A stretch of DNA of 64,000 bases from the human T2T-CHM13v2.0 reference genome, Homo sapiens. The DNA is taken from the NCBI RefSeq assembly GCF_009914755.1, contig NC_060937.1; one strand, 5' to 3'. Of the stretch, positions 54,621 to 64,000 are shown piece by piece. Below the pieces are notes generated by a model, which did no database searches, was not told the DNA's origin, and worked only from the letters and a program-made list of their open reading frames with translations. The stretch's first letter is position 1; every line of letters starts with the position of its first letter. Position numbers and translations under genes: made by a program.

Positions 54621-55366
54621 TTAACTTTAAAAAATCATATTCCTATAGGTAGACCTATCTATTATATAGAAAGTTATATAATCAAGAGCAAAAATATCCT
54701 AAACTGAACCTTCCCAACCTCCAGGCTTACTCACCAGAGGTAAAAAATTAAAAATAATTATTTTTGTTTTCAGTTATGGTAAATACAGCCATAACACTAA
54801 GTAATATTCTTAAATCACTATTTATCTCTCTAGTCGATTAAGATTTTATTTATATCACCCACTCTACACTTTCTCTTTCTTACTAAAACACTCTTTATCA
54901 TGCAGTGTGATTTTTTTCTGTTTGTTAAATTATTAAAGTAAATAAAACATTTAAACCACATTTCTTTCTATGTCTACAACAGAAATGATCTCCTGACATC
55001 TCATTTGTTAGATGAGACTGTAATTGTCCTATTCCTCATTTCCTTCTTTGCTCCTCTTCTGCCATTCTATTTCTGACATTTGTAGTATTATTTTTACATT
55101 TGTAAGAAAACAGCTATTCTGTAACATACTAACTTTTTAAATCTGTGTGGTTGGTTTTTATATTTTAAAACAATTGAAGAGATTTAGCTTGATTATGACT
55201 ACATGAGATTTCTACTGCAAAGCCAAGAGGCATGCTTGGATTACATGTTCTTCTTTGACTACCATGTCTTCATCACCAGACTGGTCAACATTGAATATTC
55301 TTAGGACCAAATTATTTTTCTTCCATCCTATGGTAACCATGAGAATGACCCTTGTAAACCTTCAAC

Positions 55367-55746
55367 TGTAGGGAATGTATTATTAACCAAGGATTCCAGC
55401 TACTGTGCCAGGCTTGCAGGGGCTGCTTTTGGGCAATGACTGAGTGTGGGATGCTCACTAAGGTAGGCTCATTTCCGGGACACATGAGACTCTTCTGATC
55501 ACTGCTTTGGCTCAAGGTCTTCTTAGAGCACTTGCTGTATCTTCCTTCGACTGCTCAGCAGTCAAAGATGCTCCCACCAATCTTACTTCCCTCTTGTTCA
55601 CTCACAGTCAGACTTGCATTCCCCTCTGAATGCTCTTCCAGTCATCCCAGCTTCCTCCTCATTTCCTCTTACAATCATTCTTCCTAATAAAATACAGGTT
55701 TAATTTTGTCATGGCATCCACTTCTCTGGCTACCTGGACTAACATA
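55367..55746 (+). mobile_element. Solo ERVL LTR (LTR16-like)
   Basis: TGT start, ttttgggcaatgactgag...aaggtaggctcatttcc, ctaataaa signal and ...tggcatccacttctc...acctggactaaca end. Confidence 0.65.
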
Positions 55747-56039
55747 GATGCCATTCATTCCTCCAAATAATGCAACATTTTAATTTGCTTTATATTTTAA
55801 CCTTTAGTTTTGTGCATTCTCCTCATTAATATCATATCAGTTTCAATTATATTACTCATTAAATATTAGATATATAACATTAACTACGTATAATATATTA
55901 ATACCTAATACACTTATTCAAATTAATTCACTGAATTTCTTCTAATCTGCTTTATTATATTTTTTTCTAGTTTTGAATTATATAATTGTTCTGATGCATA
56001 TTATAACTTTTTAAAAATGCCCATGACATCCCTCCCAGA

Positions 56040-56760
56040 GAACTCTGTTTTCCTGCTTCAATTATTATCCTGGAATTTTCTTCCAATGATCCCCAGGTTC
56101 AGAATTATTATTGGTTGAATTTCAAAACCTTTTCTTGATTTATTCCTCTGTTTTAAAATTTTTTGAGAGATATAATTAATTTACTAGGAAAAGATGTGCC
56201 AGAAATAGATTTCTGATTTTTGGAATTTTGCAATGCCATTGTTCTGGCTTAGATATTATTGATAATTTGTCAAAGTTTTCAATTCTAAGTAGAAAAAACT
56301 TTTCTCAGAATTTGAAGTGCCTTGCTCCATTGTCATCCAACATACATTCTTGCGATAAGGATTCTGAGACCCATCTGCTTTTGTTCATATTATTGATAAT
56401 CTGCTTTTTCTTTATAAATTATCTTATAATCATTCCCATATTACTGACATGCTGAATTTCACAGCAATATTTAAAGACATAAATTTTGTGGGTGTGTGTG
56501 GTTGGCAAAAACACTTTTAAGATCCACATTTCTCTTTAGCTTTTATTCTTATTTTTTTAAATTTCCTGCCTTTCATTTTCATTGCTGTCCATTTCTAAAA
56601 TGCCTTTAGTATGAGATTAGATTCTCTATATTAGATTATTCTCCATATTTTATCCCTAATATATTTTCATTCTCAGTTTATTTCATATTTGGTCAATATG
56701 TAAAATGTAGCTTCTATTTATCCCATAACAGATCTGGTATTTCTTCTGAACCTCATGCCA
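56040..56760 (-). mobile_element. Old L1M antisense fragment
   Basis: aattctaagtagaaaaaacttttctcagaatttgaag...gctccattgtcatcca...gataaggattctgag. Confidence 0.55.
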
Positions 56761-58454
56761 CTTCTAAAGATACATATTTTGGTTAACTGTATCAGTCTTT
56801 TCCTGTTAACATAGTTCATCTATTCATAGTTCAACTCCCCACCAGTGTTGGTTTAAATAGTTCCTTTTATGTACATGAGTCTCTTTCAGTTTGTGTCCCG
56901 CCTTCTCTTCCCCAAAATGGCAACCGTGTATATCAGGGGTCTTACTGTGCCTTTGTTGTGGTTAAAAAGGATCTCAGATCGGTGAACGTCCTTTGTATCT
57001 GTGCTATTTTCTGCTATGAGGGGCCAGACAAGTAGCCACTGACTCTGGACAGGTCATGTTTGTATTTTGCAGGATATACTGACACCTACTGCTAGGATCT
57101 GTGGTTTTTCTCCATTTGCCTTTGATCTTAAAGTCCTCACATTCATAAGCCTTTTTTTTTTTTTCTTCCATCCGAGGGCTCTAACCTTTTGCTCATGTAG
57201 TCAGCACTTCCTATTGACTTTGTGAAGTAAGCAATTATTTCTAGGCTGCCTGCTCCCTACACACAGGTTGAGACTGGGGGCATAGAATTGCATCTGTATC
57301 TTAACTCATTGCTTCCCCCAAAGGTTTTCATTCCTTGTCTGTGTAATCTTTCCAGCACCTTGGTGGGCGTGGCACTGATGTAGAAGCCAAAGTTCTTCAA
57401 TGAACCTGGACTCTTTCTCTGTGCTAGTTCAAGGCAAACAGGACATTTGCTCCATGTGCTTCAGGTTCCGAGTGCATATTTGGTTACATTTAAAACTTGC
57501 CTGTTGCTAAGATTGGGGACTAATAGACAAAGCAACAATTAAGTAGGGGAACCTTATCACTTTACCACAATTGTCCTCTTCCACTAAAAATCCAGACAGA
57601 GAAAGAAAGGAGCACCCTATTTTTTACTTCTTTCTTTCAAAATCTGGTCTCTGGACTCAGCCCAGTGGCAGTTAGAGTCAGGAGAAAAACCATTCTTCTG
57701 ATAAAGAACAGATCAGGAGGCACTTCACACCTATTATATTTACCATTGGTCTTTTAGGTGGTCACTAATGAAGAGTTCTATTTTCCCCTCCTGAATTTGA
57801 AACTTTCTGAGACATAAGAAACTGGAATTAGATAGATGGGGAAAAATGGCATCTTTATTGCTGATAAAGCTATTTGATGAGTGTTGCTTTAAGAATATAG
57901 CCACCTGGACTTGAAATGTTTCACCTCAGTGTTAAACAGAATGGTCTACCTGATGTCTGTCGGACTGAGCAACGATGGCCTTCTTGGCCAGCGAAAGCTT
58001 ACTCTACAGATCTGAGAAAGCAGGCATCTGGCAGGCTAGGGGGCTCTACAGAGCCTGGAAGACCCTGAACCTGAAGCAAATGTGTCACTTCTCTGTTTTG
58101 GGTTAGAGGATAGGTAGAAAGCAGAGTACAATCTTTCCATACCTTTATTTCTTGCGTTAGGAAGTAGGTATGTATTTACATATGTTCCTCTTTTATTGAA
58201 ATATGAGGAATGGAAACTAACTCTTCTCTAACACTCCTCAGATTATTTTTTACTTGTTGGCACAAACAACCCCATAATCAGCCCTGGTTGTGGCAGCTCT
58301 CTTTAGTACAGGATGGGGGTGATTTATTAGAAAAGTCCTATTCCAAGTGTCATAAGGCCACTGCCCTAATGCCAGCGTTTCTTCTGTGATAGTTCTGAAT
58401 TCACTGGCAAGACTATAGCTTTTGACTCAGAGAGTTTTGGAATGGGTTAGAACC

Positions 58455-58597
58455 TTGCTACAGAACAGAAGCATCAGCATAACCTGAGAGCTTGTTAGAA
58501 ATGCAGAATTTCACAGTAAGTCCAGATCTAATTATTATACAGTTTAACAGGATCCCTAGGTAATTCTTATGTACATTAAAGCTGGAGAAGCACTGGG
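58455..58597. mobile_element. MER5A
   Basis: gcatcagcataacctgagagcttgttagaaatgcagaat...tttaacaggatccctaggtaattcttatgtacattaaag..gagaagcactg. Confidence 0.85.
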
Positions 58598-59233
58598 TTA
58601 GAACAAGTCATTCATTAAAGTAACTTAAAGGCTTTGCTAAACGCTAAGCTGAATATTTCTTCCTAGTTTTTCAACACAAATTATGCATGACCACTATCTT
58701 CAACGTACTTCACCAGAGATTATGGGATGAAATTAAGTAGTAGTGGATGAAATAATAGATGAGATTAAATAATTACTATTGTAATAACCTGATAATAGCC
58801 ACACATTCTGCACATTTGAATTTAAGCTCTTTCCCTATATGGAGTTTATTTAAAAAATCACGATCCAAAAATTGAATGCTCTTACTCACACATAAATGTA
58901 AAATATGAAAATATCAAACTCCATAGTCCTTGTTACAGTAAAACATAAAATTCATTTCTAAAACTTAAACTCCTTGACATTGGAAGCTCCAGATGCTTCC
59001 TGAGATACCTGAGTAGATACCCACTCTGATGGCTGTTCAGCAGATACCTCTTCAATAGCTAGAGCCAGGACTGTCATCCACTTACTCATGCTGTCTCCTC
59101 ACTCAAAAAGTGGTATTTGAGGCATATGTTCTTTTAGCAGTGTGTGGAAATTTGCACTGATTGTGGACCAGTTCCCAGATCTTAAGATTTCTTTTGTGTG
59201 AGTGTGCTATTGGGATAGTACCAAAAATAGGGG

Positions 59234-59267
59234 TGTGTGTGTGTGTGTGTGTGTGTGCGTGTGTGTG
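59234..59267. repeat. (TG)n microsatellite
   Basis: gt repeat with one gc interruption. Confidence 0.95.
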
Positions 59268-61369
59268 ACCAGTATCTCTGTAAAACATCTCAAAGCCCTG
59301 GCTGTCTTTCTTCAGTTTTTGAATATTTCCAGCCTCAAGTAGCATTTATTTCTACTCTCTTTTTTTCTGCAATAGTAAGCTATGCCTTAATTTATTAATT
59401 TTTTCTTTTTACTCCCTATGCTTTGTGGAAAGCTCAACTGAGCTTTTAGCAGTTTAATCTATCTAATCTAAGTTCACTTTTTTTTTATTTTTGCTCTACC
59501 ACATTTAGAGCTAGCAATGTTGTCAGATATAAATACATTTTTCCCTCTCTGCGGTGGTGGTAGACATTTGTATTTCCTATCAACTTTTCTAGCTTTAGTT
59601 TTGTGAGGCCACCTTGGTGAGATAGAACAAATGAGCAAGTTTTGGCTTTGCAAGAGTAAATGAATATTCAAAAGAATATTATGCACCTTCATATCCCTGG
59701 TCTGAATCTTTCCACTAAGGAGATGTTTTTCCATAAGACCAGGGATGGCCATAATTTATTATAGTTCTTGCCGGCTCATTTTCAAGGTGGCTCATTTCCT
59801 CTGTGCTTGTTTCCTCAGAGCAAAAAGTAATACTTTCCCACCCATATTCACTGGGTCGCCTTGAAAGTCGCTCCATAATCATACAATTATATGACACCAT
59901 GATCTTACGAGACTTCCCTTCTCAAATGTGTCCAATATTTCTCTAACTTCTTAATCTTTCTAAGCACTTCTCTAACTGCATAGTCCTTACCTTCAAACTG
60001 TGATTCACCATTTTGAAAAAATGAACTCTTTATTTCATCATATCTTTAAGAAGATACCTCTCAACATTTTTTGGTCTGTTTTGAAGATGAAACTCCCAGT
60101 TAATAAAATCTTACTTGCTTTCTGCCGTTATGTGCTTTTTTGAACCAAGCCACTCTTTTTGCTCTAGTAGGAACCAAAACAAGATTCTTTTACTTATTTT
60201 TTTTTTAAACTAATTATGCCCAGGTGTGTATTGTCTGTTTTCATATCTTTCTGGCTTAACCTCCAAAATCTAATTTTTCCCCTTTTCTTTAAAATCACGT
60301 TTCTCATATGGAAATTATTTCCTCCTCCAGACTCTTCACTACTCCTGATACCAAGAGCAAAGCATATTTTAAAATCAATCCAGTAAGTCTTAGATTTTCT
60401 GAGAAAATAAATTCCTAGAGACAGAATGTTCCTGCTGAGGCTTTTAAAATTGCTTTCCTAAATGTTTGCACTTAAAGTAATTTTATTGACATGCTGTTTG
60501 GCCTCAATCAAAGTTGATGGATAATGCTTTATAATTTAGTAGTCTTTTTTTCTATTATTTTTTCAATGATATGTTCCACTGAGCTTATGTAGATGGAACT
60601 ACAATCTGCATCTCTGAAATCTAAAACTTTAATCAGAGTTTTGGAAGTGGCTCAATCCAGATCCCATTTGAGACCAAGTGAGGGACTCTGACTCAAGGCA
60701 ATGTGTATGTTGCTAAAGATTGTTACCTTTAGATGTTTTCCTCTTAACCTTAATGCATTTACAAACTACATAAAGATTAGCAGAATGTGTAACATCTGAG
60801 CTGGCACCATCTGCCTGACATTGGTCACACTGTGGAGTTCTCAATTGGAACTTAGCTCCCTTTGCAATTATAAATTCTAATGTGAGGTAATAGCTGAGAA
60901 GCACAGGAAAATCACGGAAAGTTAATCCATACTTCAATGACATAAATGCTTGTCTAATGAATTTTTGCTTGGCTTAAGTGAGCATAAAGCAGGTATCAAA
61001 GTCTTCTTTTATTCAATGTAATTTATATGCTACGTAAAATTTGTTCAGCTTTGGTGGGGTCATGTTCAGTCATGAGGGACCATCGCATGCCTTAGGTCAG
61101 ATCAATGTCAACTGCAGAGAACATTATTATTGCTTATTAAGGTTTGTACAACCCACACTTAATAATTCAAGGGCTCATTAAAAACAGCACTGAACCTCTA
61201 AAAACAGCTAATCTCCCATGGACAAGCCACTGTGAAAAGCTAAATTCGAAATGCAACATGACCTTCATTTTCTAAGACCTTTCACTAGTACTATACCAGA
61301 AACTTCAATCTTTTTTAGTCCCTCAATACCAGTCTTGCATATTCACAAGGCTTCATGTTAATACTGTAG

Positions 61370-61694
61370 TGTTAAATTAAATAAGCAGGAGTTACTAAGT
61401 ATAAAACTGAAACATAATTTGGGAATATATTTTGTAACAAACAGCGAAGTTTTTGCCAATCATGAGCAGCTGAGAATCAGCCAAGCACAGGCCGCCCATT
61501 GCTCAGACCATGCTCCAATAGAGCCAACATCTAGATGTATCCAATCAGGTGATGCTTCTACTTTGATTCTGTGTTCAGCCTTTAAAAGCTCACTGTCCAC
61601 CTCTTCTGGTTCTGGGCACTGCCCCATTCAATACATGAATTGTTCTTTGGCCAAATAAACTCTGTTAAATTTGTCTAAAGTTTTTCTTTTAACA
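61370..61694 (+). mobile_element. Solo ERV1-class LTR (MER57-like)
   Basis: TG...CA ends (tgttaaa...tttaaca), repeated CCAAT motifs, and aataaactctgttaaatttgtctaaagtttttcttttaaca 3' end. Confidence 0.75.
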
Positions 61695-62082
61695 AGAAGA
61701 TGCTGAGCTTTCCTGGAGGAAAGATAAAAAAAGAAAGGAAAAGAAATGAAAGAAAAACTGTAAAACCGTACAAGCCTTTTAACCTTTCTCAGGACAGAAC
61801 GTCAGGAGGATGAAAGGTACAATGATGGGTGTATTACAAATAATAGTGAGTAGAGATCAGAACTTTAGTTAATGTGGGAAAATTGACCTGCTAATCTTTC
61901 ATCCTTGCATTAAGTAGACTTAGTCCTGCAGTCGCTAGTGCCACTGGACATCTGCAAAGCTCCCTGACAGGGTGAAAGCCAGACTTTCAACTTACTCTAT
62001 GGAGCAGCAGAGGGTGCATATGTCTTCCAAAGCAGTTGGATGCAAAAGAAGACCTAGGAGACACTGAGTCAACCACACAACC

Positions 62083-62109
62083 TTTTTTTTTTTTTTTTTT
62101 TTTTTTTTT
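62083..62109. repeat. Poly(T) tract
   Basis: Uninterrupted T run, about 27 nt. Confidence 0.95.
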
Positions 62110-62599
62110 ATTGAATGCATTAGTCAGATGTGTCTCTCCCACACATTTCTTTCCTGGGGCATGGAGCATAAAGTCACTCCTTTCTAAGAAAGCAAGAGAA
62201 ATCAGGAATAAACATTCTCACTGTATAATTTCAATGTGGACAAAGGCTATGGTTTCTGTACTCAGCTGATTGGTCTTTTTCATCTACTTTTAGCCGGTTA
62301 TTTTGGGAAATAATTGAAAGGAGTAAATACTGTCTTCCCCAAAGCAAGCAAACATTGATTGTTCTTATTTTAGTGATTAGATTCTAACACATTTTCCAAA
62401 CCTTCATCTCTTTGGAAAGCATGCCTGAGTTAGCTTTAAAATAAAGTTTTCTAATAAATACAATTTGACTGTTGTTTTTATTTGGTGCTGATTGAGTAAA
62501 CGGGTTAGTGATTTTTTTAGTAGGCCCATTATATCACTGAGAAAATTTGTGTTCATCCGGATGAGGCTGGGAAGTGGATTCTTTTTAATGAAATCAAAG

Positions 62600-62790
62600 A
62601 GATACAGGTTCTAGTTCCAGCTCCACTACTTGACTTTAGGCAATTGATGATTTCTGTGTGCTTTCATTTCACTTCTTTGAAAGGAACAATAAGAACTTCA
62701 CAAGGCTATTGTCATGATTAAATGAAAAAATATATGTGAATTGCTGAATATACTGCTTGACATATTACTCAAGTAAATTTAGCGCTCTAT
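62600..62790 (+). mobile_element. MIR
   Basis: caggttctagttccagctccactact...tgactttaggcaa...gctattgtcatgattaaatga. Confidence 0.7.
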
Positions 62791-64000
62791 TAATAACTAT
62801 CAGCATCACTAAAGGCAAAAGGTTACTTCGTGATCTCATCTATAAACGATCTTTTACATATATACAGAAAAACTGATGGTTATTGAGGAGATTAATTTTC
62901 TCTTTGTCGTTGTTTTCCACCTGTACAGCATATTATGGCTATTCATCACTAATCTGTTCTCCAATGAGAAAATTTCTCCCTAAATTTATCTCTCTAGGCA
63001 GCCAAATGATAATAGTTAAGACATGTCTTCTAAGATATTGCTGCCTATTAATGTCATTGCAAAGAGCATGAAATTCCTAAATCCGTATGAGCAGCTGCGT
63101 ACTCAGGAATAATCGGTGCTGTGAAGAAGTGTGTGCATCTCCTTGAGAAGGCAGTAATAACTGTGGTGATGTGAACAGGGCATGGGAAAGTGCACAATTC
63201 AGTCATAAATATCAGGAGTAAACTGCTTTAAAGGGATAACCAGAGGATGAAAACCTTTCTATTTCCTAGTTTCCCTGTGGAAACCAGAAGTAAAATTTCG
63301 GAAAATTATTTACTGGATTGCCAAATAGATTGGCTAATACTAGGTAACCTTATTTTGGGTACATTTACCTGGGGACATGAGGTGGCAAATGAAGTGGAAG
63401 TTTTGGGGTCAGATTTTTACAAAACTTCTTCCAGATATACAGGATTACAAGACAAGATGATCTTTGTCACTGCCTAAGGCCTAGATATCCCTATCAAAAT
63501 ATTAGTTCCAGAAGATTGTGAGTCAATGACTTCTGTGATCATTTTGAGCCTCTGGTCAAGTCAAAGATATTGTACTTAGTAATGAACAGATACCTTTAAC
63601 ACTGCTTCAGGCACTCATGGTTCTACTCAAACAAATACATGTTAGTCAAAAAATAGAGAACTATTTCAGAGATTTCTGTTACGACTGCTAGGACCACAGC
63701 CTTGGGAATATGTGCATTACCTTATTTAAGTGGATAATGTGGCTTCCCTCTCATCATATCTGCTAATAATAGTTTATGATGAGAATGACAGTGACCCAAC
63801 AAAAGTTATGTTAGTGTTATTTTTCAAAATCAAAACACAAAATGCAGAATGCAAAGCCTTGCATACATGTGTAGAAAAATATTCAGTTTATGCAGATACT
63901 GTGTTTTAAGGGATCTGAATCCAATTGCCATAATCTAGTATTCTTACAGAATTTCATCAGGAAAATGTAATCTTCTGTCAAGTATCCTTGAAAAGCTAGG

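Noticed and set aside
58003-58070. Possible - strand exon (ttgcttcag ... AGA/gtaagc)
   Set aside because: Weak polypyrimidine tract and no supporting neighbouring exons. Indistinguishable from chance without RNA data.
62083-62109. Poly(T) as a solo polyA retrotransposition
   Set aside because: No TSD or element body is visible. Simple homopolymer expansion suffices.

Overview
AT-rich, CpG-poor, repeat-dense primate genomic DNA. AluY and L1PA2/PA3-type elements point to a great ape, most likely human. It reads as intronic or intergenic. I can support no host protein-coding exon, RNA gene or CRISPR array. The ORFs I could assign are transposon remnants (L1 ORF2 C-terminus, Tigger1 transposase, Alu or THE1 read-through) or microsatellite artefacts; the rest are short and unrecognised. 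Main content: a decayed ERVL pol plus LTR16-type LTR (1-2958); a full-length Tigger1 (25149-29452) carrying a nested twin-primed L1 and an AluY; a complete THE1 MaLR provirus with 5-bp TSD (47996-50187); two young L1PA 3' ends; about 11 Alus; old L1M, L2 and MIR; and DNA-transposon MITEs (MADE1, MER81, Tigger3, MER5). I found no convincing new biological system. The most unusual signals are local DNA-copying scars: a 129-bp neighbouring sequence copied into the nested L1, a fold-back patchwork in the same L1, a ~183-bp copy embedded in a TA-rich tract, a triplicated 65-mer in an ancient LTR, and an ultra-short L1 insertion (20 nt plus polyA). Subfamily names come from recalled consensus motifs, not a RepeatMasker/Dfam run. 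Boundaries of old repeats are approximate.
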